A stretch of 64,000 nucleotides of DNA from Flavobacteriales bacterium (GTDB lineage Bacteria; Bacteroidota; Bacteroidia; Flavobacteriales; BACL11). Made by a program: the position numbers and the translations under genes. The stretch lies in contig PAHP01000007.1 in the NCBI GenBank assembly GCA_002705205.1, forward strand, positions 54,866 through 118,865, given 5' to 3'. This document shows positions 28,954-39,833 of the stretch, piece after piece. The first letter of the stretch is position 1, and every line of letters starts with the position of its first letter. Below the pieces are notes generated by a model. It did not search any database. It saw nothing but the letters and a program-made list of their open reading frames with translations, and had not been told where the DNA came from.

Positions 28954-30282
28954 ATGAAAGAAAGATTTCTTAAGATATTAGAAGACAAGGATCTATCAGA
29001 GCTAGTTAAGAAAGGCGGCATGTCTTTTATTATTCGTATCGGCGGGCAGATTATGGGTTTCTTAATGTCTTTTGTTGTTGCTCATTATTATGGAGTAAAA
29101 GGCTTGGGGAATTATATACTAGCAATTGTTGTATTAAGAGTTTTTACTTTAGTAGCTAAGCTTGGGCTAGATACTTTTTCAATTAGGTTCATTGCCTCAT
29201 TTGCAAAGCAAGGTAAATGGGAGAGTATTAAATTCTTTAGAAAGAAGATATTAATATTACTGAGCATTACATCTATTCTTTCATCATTTCTCATGTATTC
29301 TTTAGCTTCTTGGATTGGAATAGTTATTAATACTAGTGAAGAGAATATTCGGTTATGTTCATTTTTTGTTTTGCCAATGGTATTTTTTATGTTGCATTAT
29401 CAGAGCTTAAGAGGCTTGAAGAAAATATCAGAATTTTCATTCTTTTACAGGATGTCTCAGGCAAGTTTCTCAATCGCTTCACTATTTATTATCTCAACTT
29501 TTATTACTAGTGAAAAAGTTCCTATATATGCATACCTTACTAGTTTGTGTATTGTTTCATTGCTTGCTATTATTACGTATAAATATTGGTTCTCAAAAAA
29601 CCAGAGATTAAATTCTAGTAATAGTATTGATGACGTAAGCATTAGTAAGATGTTAAAGATCTCAATCCCATTAATGCTTGCTCAATCAGTACAGTTTGTA
29701 ATGGCTTGGACAGATAAATTAATGATAGGAAATATGATGTCTGCTGAGAGTGTAGCTATTTATAGTGTAGCTTTTAGATTCTCTATGGGAGTAAGTATTA
29801 CATTAATGGCAATAAATAGCATCTCATCTCCAAAGTTCGCGGAGAAGTTTGGAATTGAAGATATTAAAGGAATGGGAAAGATTGCTATGCAGTCTGCAAA
29901 GATGATCTTTTGGACAACAATACCTTTAGCTGCTATTCTGTTGCTTTTTCCAGATTTTTTTATGGGCTTATATGGTAAAGAGTTTTTAATTGGTGTTGAA
30001 GTTCTTAGATGGTTGATTGTTGGTCGTATAGTGAATGCGTTTTCTGGATCGGTAGGAAATTTAATGCAAATGTCAGGACAACAGAAAAGCTACATGAAGA
30101 TATTAATAATAGGGTCACTTATAAATGTTGGTTTAAATTACAGTTTAATACCATGTTATGGAATAAAAGGAGCAGCAATTGCTAGTGTTGTTAGTTTATC
30201 ATTTTGGAATTTGTCAATGGTATATGTTGTTAAAAGAAAGTTTGGTTTCTCAACATTTTATATACCTTTACTTACCAAATAA
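28954..30282 (+). CDS. wzx: Wzx-type polysaccharide flippase
   Basis: Polytopic MATE/PST-like protein; TDKLMIG, VAIYSVA and LNYSLIP.YGIKGAAIAS. Confidence 0.88.
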   Translation: MKERFLKILEDKDLSELVKKGGMSFIIRIGGQIMGFLMSFVVAHYYGVKGLGNYILAIVVLRVFTLVAKLGLDTFSIRFIASFAKQGKWESIKFFRKKILILLSITSILSSFLMYSLASWIGIVINTSEENIRLCSFFVLPMVFFMLHYQSLRGLKKISEFSFFYRMSQASFSIASLFIISTFITSEKVPIYAYLTSLCIVSLLAIITYKYWFSKNQRLNSSNSIDDVSISKMLKISIPLMLAQSVQFVMAWTDKLMIGNMMSAESVAIYSVAFRFSMGVSITLMAINSISSPKFAEKFGIEDIKGMGKIAMQSAKMIFWTTIPLAAILLLFPDFFMGLYGKEFLIGVEVLRWLIVGRIVNAFSGSVGNLMQMSGQQKSYMKILIIGSLINVGLNYSLIPCYGIKGAAIASVVSLSFWNLSMVYVVKRKFGFSTFYIPLLTK

Positions 30283-30284
30283 TT

Positions 30285-31193
30285 ATGAAAGATAAATTAC
30301 CAAATTTTTTGATTGTTGGCGCTGCAAAATGCGGAACATCATCTTTGCATAATTATTTGAATCAGCATCAGGATGTGTTCATGCCTACTTACACCCCTAA
30401 TGGATTAAAAGTGAAAGAGCCTAGATTTTTAATTGCTGATAAGGTGAGGGGTAGGCTATCTAAGGGGGTCTGGAATTATGAGGATTATAGATCCTTATTT
30501 ACTGATGTTGTTACTGAGAAAGCAATTGGAGAATCAACGGTATTATATCTATATTATTTTGAAGAAGCAATCAAGAACATTAAAAGATTCCTAGGAAAAG
30601 AGGTTAAGATCATTATTATGCTAAGGAATCCAATTGAAAGAGCATATTCAGCATATTTATTCGCTTCTAAGACGATGCAGGAGAATCAGTCTTTTGAAGA
30701 GGCAATAAATAATTCAGAGCAAAGATTTAAAGAGGATATGAGCTTAAGCCCTATGATCTTGTATAAAGAAATGGGTTTGTATTATGAAATGGTGAAAGCT
30801 TATAAAGCAAATTTTAATAATATCCATATTATTCTATATGATGATTTTGTTACTCAAACTAATCAGGAGGTAGATAAAGTATTTGAGTTTCTTAATCTAA
30901 ATAAACAAGAGATAGATACAAATAAGATAGTTAATTCTGGCGGAATGAAGTGGGATTCTAAAATCATTAAGTATTTGCTTATGGGGGAAGGTTCTTATAG
31001 ATTTGCTCTGAAGAAGATTATCCCAAAATCTTTTAGAATGAAGATAAAAAGGATATTAATAAGTATATTTACGTCTAAATCAGATAATATAAAGCAATCA
31101 ACATATTTAGAGTTATCGAAATATTTTCAGAAGGATATAAGTATGCTGGAGAGTTTAATTAATAAAGATTTAAGTAAATGGCTAAAGATATAA
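30285..31193 (+). CDS. PAPS-dependent sulfotransferase 1
   Basis: 5'-PSB motif GAAKCGTSSL, KEPRF, GEST and 3'-PB motif RNPIERAYS. Confidence 0.92.
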   Translation: MKDKLPNFLIVGAAKCGTSSLHNYLNQHQDVFMPTYTPNGLKVKEPRFLIADKVRGRLSKGVWNYEDYRSLFTDVVTEKAIGESTVLYLYYFEEAIKNIKRFLGKEVKIIIMLRNPIERAYSAYLFASKTMQENQSFEEAINNSEQRFKEDMSLSPMILYKEMGLYYEMVKAYKANFNNIHIILYDDFVTQTNQEVDKVFEFLNLNKQEIDTNKIVNSGGMKWDSKIIKYLLMGEGSYRFALKKIIPKSFRMKIKRILISIFTSKSDNIKQSTYLELSKYFQKDISMLESLINKDLSKWLKI

Positions 31194-32080
31194 ACTTGCC
31201 AAATCTTCTTATTGTAGGTGCAGCAAAAAGTGGAACCACCTCACTTCATAATTATCTAAATCAGCATCCAGATATTTATATGTCAGAACATAAAGAGCCT
31301 CATTTCTTAATTAATAGTGATATTGGAGTAAAAAGAGTGCATAAAGCAGTTATAGAACTGAATGATTATAAAGAAATGTTTATGACAGATGACTCTTATA
31401 AATATAAAGGAGAGTCTAGCGTCATGTATTTAGCATTTCCAGAGATTTGCATTAAAAATATTAAGAGATTTCTAATGAAAGATATTAAGATTATTATTAT
31501 GCTAAGAAATCCAGTTGAGAGAGCATTTGCCGGATATTTACATAATCTGCGGTATAACCCATCAGAGATTTTGAGCTTTGAGGATGCAATTGATCAATCA
31601 GAAGCGCGTTATCATATAGAAAAAGACATGACACCTGACACTAGATATCTTCATGTAGGCATGTACAGCTCTCAAGTAAAGTTGTTTGTGGATACATTTA
31701 ATGAGAATGTACATGTGATCTTATATGATGATTATGTTCGCGATATTAATTCATGTATTAATGAGGTATTTGATTTTCTAGATGTTGAGAGAGTTCCTGT
31801 TGACACATCAAGAAGACATATGGTTGGTGGATGGATGTTTAAGAATAAGATTCTTAGGGATTTGTTTATATCTCAAAATAAAATAAAGTCAATAGTTAAG
31901 AAATTATTATCTAACAAAGTACTAAGAAATTCAGTGAAAAATAGATTGATGAATTTAAGTATTTCTAAGACTCCAGAGATGTCAAAGAAAATTCGTGATA
32001 GGCTTGTGAAGTATTATAAAGATGATATAATAGAGTTGTCTGAGCTTTTAAAAAGAGACTTAGGTAATTGGTTAAAATGA
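31178..32080 (+). CDS. PAPS-dependent sulfotransferase 2
   Basis: GAAKSGTTSL, KEPHF, GESS and RNPVERAFA. Confidence 0.9.
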   Translation: MAKDINLPNLLIVGAAKSGTTSLHNYLNQHPDIYMSEHKEPHFLINSDIGVKRVHKAVIELNDYKEMFMTDDSYKYKGESSVMYLAFPEICIKNIKRFLMKDIKIIIMLRNPVERAFAGYLHNLRYNPSEILSFEDAIDQSEARYHIEKDMTPDTRYLHVGMYSSQVKLFVDTFNENVHVILYDDYVRDINSCINEVFDFLDVERVPVDTSRRHMVGGWMFKNKILRDLFISQNKIKSIVKKLLSNKVLRNSVKNRLMNLSISKTPEMSKKIRDRLVKYYKDDIIELSELLKRDLGNWLK

Positions 32081-33336
32081 GTTATAGTTTGAGAGTAAAT
32101 TGGTTAAATAATATAATAATGTTTATGCTTGTTTCAAGTACAGGCGGACTTATGTTTGTTTTTAATAGAAACTTTGCTTTTTTGGCATTAGTTGTGATTA
32201 TTCTGTTTAGTTTATTATATCAAAGGCAGCTGATTAAAAAGGCTATCTTCTATTCTTCATTTTTAACATTTGTTGTAATTTCGATTTTTTTCTCTATTAA
32301 CTATATCTTTGCTATTAATCCACAATCATTAACAAAATATCTATTCTTTGGGATCACAATCCTTACCACAGTTCTAACATTATTTTATTATAAAAGTCAA
32401 GATGATAAGGATTTATTTATCAATAGTTTATATTTTATTTTAAAGTTAGTTCTTATTCATGCTCTAGTTAATTTCTTGGCGTATTTTTTTGTAAAGGATA
32501 GTTTATTTCTCATAACCTCTGAGTATCATGAGAGTTTAACATATAAGTATTTATTTTATTACTCTCCAAAGGAAGGGAGTATGATTAACTTATTTGGCCT
32601 AGATATTCATAGAAATGCTGGAATATTCTGGGAGTCAGGGATATTGCAGATATATCTAAACATATTATTTTTTCTGGAATTAAGTGTGTTTAAGAGAGAT
32701 AGGAAGCTTATAGTATTAATTGTATTAGGTATTTTGTCAACATATTCCACTACAGGATTATTTTTACTTATCTTACAGATCCTTTATTTTACGCAGAGGG
32801 AACTAAGAAGTAATATTAAGACCATTTTTATTGCAATTTTAGGCATTCCCTTGTATCTTCTTTTTAGTGCGAATATGAACGAGAAAATCTATGGAGAAGG
32901 AGAGTCTTCTTTTCAGAAAAGGCTTTTTGACCTGACTCAGCCCTTTTTCATTGCAATAGAAAATCCCCTAACTGGAGTTGGGATGGACTTGGATAGATTC
33001 CAGGAAGTTAGAGAAGAGTTTTATATTAATTCAGACTTAAATAATATTTTAGGTCATGTGGGTGTTGAGCAAAAAGTTGAGACTACATCAAAAGGAAGTA
33101 CCAACTCTGTAATGTATGTATTAGCTGGAATGGGCTTCCCTACAGCGATCTTTTTTGTTTATATGTTTTTTAAGCAGCAGTTGATAACAAATCACAGAGG
33201 TATTTGGTTTGTCATTGCATTTCTTTCTGTAATGTCAGAGCCATTATTACTAAGACCTTTTTTCTTTATATTTATTGCTTCAGGATTTATGAATATATTT
33301 TATAGAATTACCTCATATAAGAAAAGATTAGCATGA
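32077..33336 (+). CDS. Wzy-type polymerase / O-antigen ligase-like membrane protein
   Basis: About 10 TM segments; RNAGIFWESG, STYSTTG and NPLTGVG periplasmic-loop motifs; lies inside the polysaccharide locus. Confidence 0.75.
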   Translation: MSYSLRVNWLNNIIMFMLVSSTGGLMFVFNRNFAFLALVVIILFSLLYQRQLIKKAIFYSSFLTFVVISIFFSINYIFAINPQSLTKYLFFGITILTTVLTLFYYKSQDDKDLFINSLYFILKLVLIHALVNFLAYFFVKDSLFLITSEYHESLTYKYLFYYSPKEGSMINLFGLDIHRNAGIFWESGILQIYLNILFFLELSVFKRDRKLIVLIVLGILSTYSTTGLFLLILQILYFTQRELRSNIKTIFIAILGIPLYLLFSANMNEKIYGEGESSFQKRLFDLTQPFFIAIENPLTGVGMDLDRFQEVREEFYINSDLNNILGHVGVEQKVETTSKGSTNSVMYVLAGMGFPTAIFFVYMFFKQQLITNHRGIWFVIAFLSVMSEPLLLRPFFFIFIASGFMNIFYRITSYKKRLA

Positions 33337-34463
33337 AAAATATATTAATTACAGGAGGAGCAGGATTTATTGGTTCAAATCTAACTATTAATTTAGTTAA
33401 AAAAGGCTATAATATTACAATACTCGATAATTTATCTGAGCAGGTACATGGCAAGGAGAAGAATTCAGAATTATTTAATTCCATAAAGAATATAGCTACT
33501 TTTATATTAGGAGATGTGTTGTCTAAGTCAGATTGGAGGAAGGCTTTAATAGGACAGGATGCAGTTGTCCATTTAGCAGCCGAGACAGGAACAGGGCAAT
33601 CTATGTATGAAATTGCTAGATATAATGAGGTGAATGTTTTAGGAACATCTCATTTGTTAGATATTTTAGCTAATGAGAATCATTCAATAAAAAGAATGAT
33701 TATTGCTTCTTCACGATCAATTTATGGAGAAGGGAAGTATTACTGCAGCCAGCATGGGGATGTTTATCCTCTTGAAAGAAATGAAAAGGAATTAATCCAA
33801 GGAAATTTTGAGCCTAAATGCCCTGTTTGTTTGGGTAAATTAGAATTAAGAGCAACAGATGAGCTGTCAGAGATTCATCCTGCATCAATTTACGGAATCA
33901 CAAAATATCAACAAGAACAGATGGTAATGTTGATGGGTGTTACATTGAATATACCCGCTGTTTCCTTAAGATATCAAAACATATATGGACCAGGTCAATC
34001 TTTGCAAAATCCATATACTGGTATTTTATCTGTTTTTTCTACAAGATTATTAAATGGCAATGATATTCATATTTATGAGGATGGAGATGAGAGTAGAGAT
34101 TTTTTATATATAGATGATGCTGTTAATGCAACAATTATGGCACTTGAAAATAAAAAAGCAGATAATAAGATTTTTAACGTAGGCTCTGGATCTAATATCT
34201 CAGTTAATGAAGTAGCTAGAAGATTACATGATTTGTATAAAGCAAAAGGTAGACTTATTGTTAATGGTAGATTTAGATTAGGTGATATTAGGCATAACTA
34301 TGCTGATCTAACAAGAATAACAGCAATATTAGGCTTTAGCCCTAAGGTTAACTTTAACGATGGAGTCATAAGTTTTGTTAATTGGGTGAAAACACAAGAT
34401 ATTGAAGAAGATAAATATGATGCCTCTATTAATGAACTTAAAAATAAAGGCCTTATAAGATGA
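33333..34463 (+). CDS. NAD-dependent nucleotide-sugar epimerase/dehydratase (WbiB-like extended SDR)
   Basis: TGGAGFIG, HLAAETGTGQSMY, YGITK (YxxxK), CSQH...CPVC insert and GDIRH. Confidence 0.88.
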   Translation: MKNILITGGAGFIGSNLTINLVKKGYNITILDNLSEQVHGKEKNSELFNSIKNIATFILGDVLSKSDWRKALIGQDAVVHLAAETGTGQSMYEIARYNEVNVLGTSHLLDILANENHSIKRMIIASSRSIYGEGKYYCSQHGDVYPLERNEKELIQGNFEPKCPVCLGKLELRATDELSEIHPASIYGITKYQQEQMVMLMGVTLNIPAVSLRYQNIYGPGQSLQNPYTGILSVFSTRLLNGNDIHIYEDGDESRDFLYIDDAVNATIMALENKKADNKIFNVGSGSNISVNEVARRLHDLYKAKGRLIVNGRFRLGDIRHNYADLTRITAILGFSPKVNFNDGVISFVNWVKTQDIEEDKYDASINELKNKGLIR

Positions 34464-35851
34464 GGAGTATTTTTGTAATATTATTTAGTTTTATTACTAT
34501 TCAAACAAGTTCTCAGAATGTGATTAATGAAGATCTCTTTGGCTTTAGAACGAGTTTAGCTTTTATATTCTTTAGCCTAGAGGACACTAACTTTATGAAT
34601 AAAGTTCACGAGATATCTCCAAATGTTTTAAGTTTTCCTGGAGGTTTTGGAAATTTTTATCATCTGCATGGGTCTGGTTATGGGTTAAATCTTTCTGAAG
34701 TTGAGAAATATCACAAGAAATCAAAATTAAAAACAGCAAAAACGCTAAATAAATTAATTGCTTCAAAAGGTGATACTGAAAATTATATTTATGACTTTAT
34801 TAAAATGGCAAAATTAACAAAGAGTAGGGTTATATATAATGCCAATATTATTTCGTCCTCAGTTTCAGAGGTCTTAGAAGTAATTAAGATTTTAATAGAT
34901 AATGATCTCGAATTAATAGGAGTTGAACTTGGCGGAGAGCTTTCAAATAGGAGTTATTCTCATTTTATGACTATTGAGAAATATATTAATTCTTCAAAAA
35001 AATATACAGACTCCATTAAACATGTTTATCCGGAGATCCCTATTGCAGTAGTCTCAGCCCCTAATAATAGAGGGTCAAGAATTCTTGAGAATTGGAACAA
35101 TCAATTAGCTAAAGAAGACTTCTATGATGCAATTGTTATTCATCCATATGCAAAAGTTGTAAAGGGCAAGGATGTTGCGGGTAGAATGTTAACAGTAATA
35201 CCTGAAGGGGTTGAGGGCACAGCATTATATGAGATATATAAAGATAGGGCTGTTAAGTATATTATGTCAGATTTTAAAAATGAAATAATAAAATACAATA
35301 CGACTTATCAAGACAAAAGAATATGGTTAACTGAATGGAACCTGCAAATGTCAGAGAAGACGGGAAACTCATTATTACAGGCATTATTTGTTGCTCATCA
35401 AATAATAGAGTTATCTTCTTTAAGAAAATCAAATATTGATATCGCAACTTTCCATAATCTAGCAGGCAGGACTTTATCCGGATCTATGATCATGCGAAGC
35501 AATAAAGAATTAAAGATTAATGCAACTTTTAATTCTATGAAGATTGTAAGTCGATTATTTGATCATTCATTAGTTTTTGAACATAAGAGCAATATTAGTA
35601 ATAACTGTTTTGAATATTATTATTATAATGCTAGTCAGAATAAACAATTCTATTATTGGATAAATTGGTCTAGTAAGCCTGTCAAACTTGTGTCACGATT
35701 TACAGGATTTAAGACTGAATATTATGGGGCTAATTTATTTGATAAGATGTCGCTTAATACACCTTTTGAGTATAATGAAGTTTTCATTGAGAATAAAGAG
35801 ATAATTCTTATGCCATTTAGTATTAATGCTTTAGAGTCACTTAGTAATTAA
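34460..35851 (+). CDS. Exported clan GH-A-like glycoside hydrolase homolog (GH79/GH51/GH44-like)
   Basis: Signal peptide; PNVLSFPGG, VELGGEL (compare ELGNE), DAIVIHPY, IWLTEWN and FHNL; beta-rich C-terminal domain. Confidence 0.65.
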   Translation: MRSIFVILFSFITIQTSSQNVINEDLFGFRTSLAFIFFSLEDTNFMNKVHEISPNVLSFPGGFGNFYHLHGSGYGLNLSEVEKYHKKSKLKTAKTLNKLIASKGDTENYIYDFIKMAKLTKSRVIYNANIISSSVSEVLEVIKILIDNDLELIGVELGGELSNRSYSHFMTIEKYINSSKKYTDSIKHVYPEIPIAVVSAPNNRGSRILENWNNQLAKEDFYDAIVIHPYAKVVKGKDVAGRMLTVIPEGVEGTALYEIYKDRAVKYIMSDFKNEIIKYNTTYQDKRIWLTEWNLQMSEKTGNSLLQALFVAHQIIELSSLRKSNIDIATFHNLAGRTLSGSMIMRSNKELKINATFNSMKIVSRLFDHSLVFEHKSNISNNCFEYYYYNASQNKQFYYWINWSSKPVKLVSRFTGFKTEYYGANLFDKMSLNTPFEYNEVFIENKEIILMPFSINALESLSN

Positions 35852-35857
35852 AAAGAA

Positions 35858-36694
35858 ATGAGAAAACCAAATTTATTTTTAGTTGGAGCTCCAAAAGCTG
35901 GGACATCTCTTCTATGGGCTATTTTGAAGGAGCATAAAGATATTTTTTTCTCAAGAAATCCTGAAAAGGAGATGAATTATTTTTCATTTAATGAATTGTC
36001 GGATAATTCTTATTATAAAGATTATAAGATTAAAAATGAGAAAGAGTATTTAAATGCATTTAAAAAAGGAAAGAATGTAAGGTATCTAGCTGATGGTAGC
36101 GTGTCTTATTTCTCTTATGGATCTATCCCTAAGAAGTTATATAAATTTAATTCTGAGGCTAAAATCATAATAATAGTTAGAGATCCTATATTAAGAGCTT
36201 TCTCTCACTATAAGATGGATAAAAGAATGGGTTACGCTACCAAACCTTTTTATGAGTACCTTGTTAATAAGAATAATAAATATGATCCGTTTATTCATCA
36301 ATATATTGAGAATAGTTTATACTACAAACAAATCCATAATTTTTTAGAATATTTTAAGAGCGAGCAAGTATTAGTTATACGTTTAGAGAATATTGAAAAA
36401 GATATTTATAGATTATTTAATTTTCTAGAGATAGAGCCAATTAAGAATTTAAATAATGATAGAGTAATTAATCCAAATAAGGTCCCTATAAATATTATTT
36501 CGAGAACTTTACAGCATAATCGATATTTAGCAACCGTATTAAAAAAGATAATTCCAAAAAGGGTGGTTCGTTTTCTAGATTTTCTTTTTTATAAGAAAGC
36601 AGCTAAGATTGAACTAGCCTCAAAGGAGAGGTTTTTGTTAGAGAAGTATCTAGAGGAAGATTATAAGAATTTTAATAAAAAATATGACATATGA
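35858..36694 (+). CDS. PAPS-dependent sulfotransferase 3
   Basis: [22 protein letters not shown] and [11 protein letters not shown]. Confidence 0.9.
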   Translation: MRKPNLFLVGAPKAGTSLLWAILKEHKDIFFSRNPEKEMNYFSFNELSDNSYYKDYKIKNEKEYLNAFKKGKNVRYLADGSVSYFSYGSIPKKLYKFNSEAKIIIIVRDPILRAFSHYKMDKRMGYATKPFYEYLVNKNNKYDPFIHQYIENSLYYKQIHNFLEYFKSEQVLVIRLENIEKDIYRLFNFLEIEPIKNLNNDRVINPNKVPINIISRTLQHNRYLATVLKKIIPKRVVRFLDFLFYKKAAKIELASKERFLLEKYLEEDYKNFNKKYDI

Positions 36695-37176
36695 ATAAAG
36701 AAATAGAATCAAAAAGGGAGTACGGCTTAAGAAGAGTTATTAATAAGATTCTTCAAGCGATTGCTAGGAGTACCTTGGTAACTATTAAGATGAGGGTAGT
36801 CTTGCAATCTATGAGAGGAGTTAATTTTAAAAATATAAGCAATACTCAGATTGGTGACAATGTTGGATTTGATGGAATTTACCCTCATAACATTTACATT
36901 GGGGATAGATGTGGTATAGCTGCAGGTACTCGTATTCTTACACATTTTATAGACACTGAAAGATTATCAGAACATCCTGACCATCATTTTAGATACTATC
37001 AAGGTAAGGTAATAATAGAAGATGATGTTTTTATTGGCATGAATTGTGTGATTGCTAAGCCAGTTACAATTGGTAAAGGAGCTATAATTGGAGCTAATGT
37101 CGTAATAACAAAGGATGTACCTGCTGGAGCAGTGATGGTTGGAGCGAAGGCCATAAATATTAAGCAAGTTGGATAA
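36691..37176 (+). CDS. Hexapeptide-repeat (LbH) sugar O-acyltransferase
   Basis: [16 protein letters not shown] and [13 protein letters not shown]...[20 protein letters not shown]. Confidence 0.87.
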   Translation: MNKEIESKREYGLRRVINKILQAIARSTLVTIKMRVVLQSMRGVNFKNISNTQIGDNVGFDGIYPHNIYIGDRCGIAAGTRILTHFIDTERLSEHPDHHFRYYQGKVIIEDDVFIGMNCVIAKPVTIGKGAIIGANVVITKDVPAGAVMVGAKAINIKQVG

Positions 37177-38077
37177 GGTAGGCATAGTCACAATTACTTA
37201 TAATTCGGGTAACGTTTTATCTACTTTTATGCAATGCGTCTGGCAACAGACGTATACTAATTTTATTTTATATGTTATTGATAATGCATCTATTGACAAT
37301 ACTAAGGAAATTCTTGATTTGGAGAACGAATCAAGGTTAGTTTTAATCAATAATCAGAATAATTTAGGTGTTGCAAGAGCAAATAATCAAGGTATTCTAA
37401 GGGCTATTGAAGATGATTGCTCTCAGATCTTGATTATCAATAATGATGTTGAGTTTGATTCAGATCTAATTGAAAAGTTAATGAAACTGCAGAAAGATAA
37501 AGATTGTAGTTTAGTGTCTCCCAAGATGATGTATTATGATAAGCCAGATCATATTTGGTATGCTGGTAGTTGGTTTAAAAAAAGTAAAGGCTATTTACCT
37601 TTACATAGAGGGCAAATGCAAATAGATAAAGGTCAGTTTGATAAAGTTGTAGAGATAGAATATGCGCCAACGTGCTGTCTTCTTGTAAAAAAGCAGGTAT
37701 TTATTGATCTAGGTTTTATGAATGAAAAATATTTTGTTTATTTTGATGATACTGACTTTTTGTATAGGGTATTTAAAGATGGAAGGCATAAAATGTATTA
37801 CTATCCATTTGTTAAGTTCTACCATAAAGTTGGTAGTTTAACAAAATCCTTTAATCAAGCAGATGGAATGAAATATAGAGGGGATTTCTTTATTCAACAA
37901 AATACTAGAAATCATGTCTTTTTTTTAAAACAGGTAGGAGGAGTCTTTTCATATTTATTTATTATTTGGCTATTCTTCAAGATTAATATAAGATTTGTAA
38001 CTGATTCTACAATAAGGAAGGACAGGGCAACTTGGCAATTGATTAATAAATCATATTTCCAAGGATTAAGAATGTAA
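37169..38077 (+). CDS. Glycosyltransferase family 2 (WbbL/rhamnosyltransferase-like)
   Basis: [31 protein letters not shown] and [12 protein letters not shown] start. Confidence 0.9.
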   Translation: MDKVGIVTITYNSGNVLSTFMQCVWQQTYTNFILYVIDNASIDNTKEILDLENESRLVLINNQNNLGVARANNQGILRAIEDDCSQILIINNDVEFDSDLIEKLMKLQKDKDCSLVSPKMMYYDKPDHIWYAGSWFKKSKGYLPLHRGQMQIDKGQFDKVVEIEYAPTCCLLVKKQVFIDLGFMNEKYFVYFDDTDFLYRVFKDGRHKMYYYPFVKFYHKVGSLTKSFNQADGMKYRGDFFIQQNTRNHVFFLKQVGGVFSYLFIIWLFFKINIRFVTDSTIRKDRATWQLINKSYFQGLRM

Positions 38078-38078
38078 A

Positions 38079-39224
38079 ATGAAAAGAAAAGTAGCAATTA
38101 TTGATCCGTTAGGAGCTCATGGAAGCTCACATCATTTTTATTTATTTGGGCAAATTACTGGCTTAAGAGATAATAATGTTGACATTAGACTATATACAAA
38201 TACAGAGACTAAGAACCCAAATATTAAGGGTGTGGAATTCTATCAGACTTTCGGGGATTTATATTCTAGTAAGATTAAGTTTATTAGCGGATTCCGATAT
38301 GTCTTTGGCTCTATTTACTCCATTTTACATGCAAGAATAAATAAGGTAAGGGTTTTTCATTTTCACGTCTTTAATGCAAATTACCTTCTATTATTTAATT
38401 TATTGTTGATTAAATTACTTTTCTCAAAGCTTGTAATTACAGCTCATGATATCACGTCATTTTCTGAGCAAACTAACTCATCATTTATAAGTAAACTAGT
38501 TTATAGGCTAGTGGATTTAATTTTAACTCATAATAAATTTAGTAGAGATGAAATAACCAAGAAAGATCCGGCATTAAAAGATAAGATTAATATTATCCCT
38601 CATGGCAACTACACTCCCTTTATTAATATTCAGAAGGATAAATTGTTATCTAGAGAATTTCTTAACTTGCCTCTTGAAAAAACAATTTTATTATTTTTTG
38701 GGATGATTAAGAAGGTCAAAGGTTTAGAGGTTCTATTAGAGTCTTTAAGAGAAGTTGTCGCTACCAATTCTGATATTCTTTTATTAATTGCAGGAAAGCC
38801 TTGGCAAAATGATTTTCAGAATTATCATAAAATAATAGATGAGAATAATTTGTCAAATAATGTTATCTTACATACTAAGTTTATCGAGGATAATGAAGTG
38901 GAATATTATTATGCTGCCTCAGACCTTGTTGTTTTACCTTATAAGAAGATTTATCAAAGTGGAGTTCTTATGATGGCATTAAGTTATGAGAAACCTGTCT
39001 TAGTATCAGATCTTCCTCCATTAAAAGAAGTAATAACAGATAATGAAAATGGGTTTTTCTTTAGGTCAGAAGATACTTTAGATTTAGCTAATAGGTTAAA
39101 AGAGATATTAGCTGATAAGAACCAGTTAGAGAAAGTTCGGCTTAATGGTAGTGCTTTAGTTAATACTAAATTTAGCTGGAATGAGATGGCTAGACTTACT
39201 AAAGAATCTTATCAAAGCTTATAA
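38079..39224 (+). CDS. Glycosyltransferase family 4
   Basis: ITAHD, IPHG, LFFGMIKKVKG, DLVVLPY...YQSGV and PVLVSD. Confidence 0.92.
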   Translation: MKRKVAIIDPLGAHGSSHHFYLFGQITGLRDNNVDIRLYTNTETKNPNIKGVEFYQTFGDLYSSKIKFISGFRYVFGSIYSILHARINKVRVFHFHVFNANYLLLFNLLLIKLLFSKLVITAHDITSFSEQTNSSFISKLVYRLVDLILTHNKFSRDEITKKDPALKDKINIIPHGNYTPFINIQKDKLLSREFLNLPLEKTILLFFGMIKKVKGLEVLLESLREVVATNSDILLLIAGKPWQNDFQNYHKIIDENNLSNNVILHTKFIEDNEVEYYYAASDLVVLPYKKIYQSGVLMMALSYEKPVLVSDLPPLKEVITDNENGFFFRSEDTLDLANRLKEILADKNQLEKVRLNGSALVNTKFSWNEMARLTKESYQSL

Positions 39225-39251
39225 AATTGTATTTTAGCCAAAAATCTTATT

Positions 39252-39833
39252 ATGAAAACTAGAATTAATAAATATATTTCAAATTCTGTTGAGACCTATA
39301 TAAGCGTTTTAAACGATATTAGCCTTCAAGAAAATATAGAAATGATAGTTAAGAAAAGTATTATTGCTTTTAAAGATGATAAGAAGATTCTTTTTTGTGG
39401 TAATGGCGGCAGTGCTTCTGATGCACAGCATATTGCTGCTGAGCTTAGCGGCAGATTTCATTTTGATAGACCTCCACTTTATGCCGAAGCACTTCATGTA
39501 AATTCTTCATACATGACTGCGGTTTCAAATGACTATGGATATGATCAGACTTATTCTAGGATGCTCGAAGCTTGCGGGAGGCATGGTGATATACTTGTAG
39601 GAATTTCTACTTCAGGGAATTCTCAGAATGTAGTTAATGCATTAGAGAAAGCAAATGAGATAGGATTGACAACAGTGGGGTTTACTGGAATTAATGGAGG
39701 TCAGATGAATGAGATTTGTGATATCATGCTTAAGGTGCCTTCTGAGCATACTGCAAGAATACAGGAAGCACATATTTTAATAGGACATATTATTTGTCAG
39801 CTTATTGAAGAAGAGATGTTTTCTAATGAATAA
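39252..39833 (+). CDS. gmhA: D-sedoheptulose 7-phosphate isomerase
   Basis: CGNGGSASDAQHIAAEL, NDYGY, ISTSGNS and TARIQEAH. Confidence 0.96.
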   Translation: MKTRINKYISNSVETYISVLNDISLQENIEMIVKKSIIAFKDDKKILFCGNGGSASDAQHIAAELSGRFHFDRPPLYAEALHVNSSYMTAVSNDYGYDQTYSRMLEACGRHGDILVGISTSGNSQNVVNALEKANEIGLTTVGFTGINGGQMNEICDIMLKVPSEHTARIQEAHILIGHIICQLIEEEMFSNE

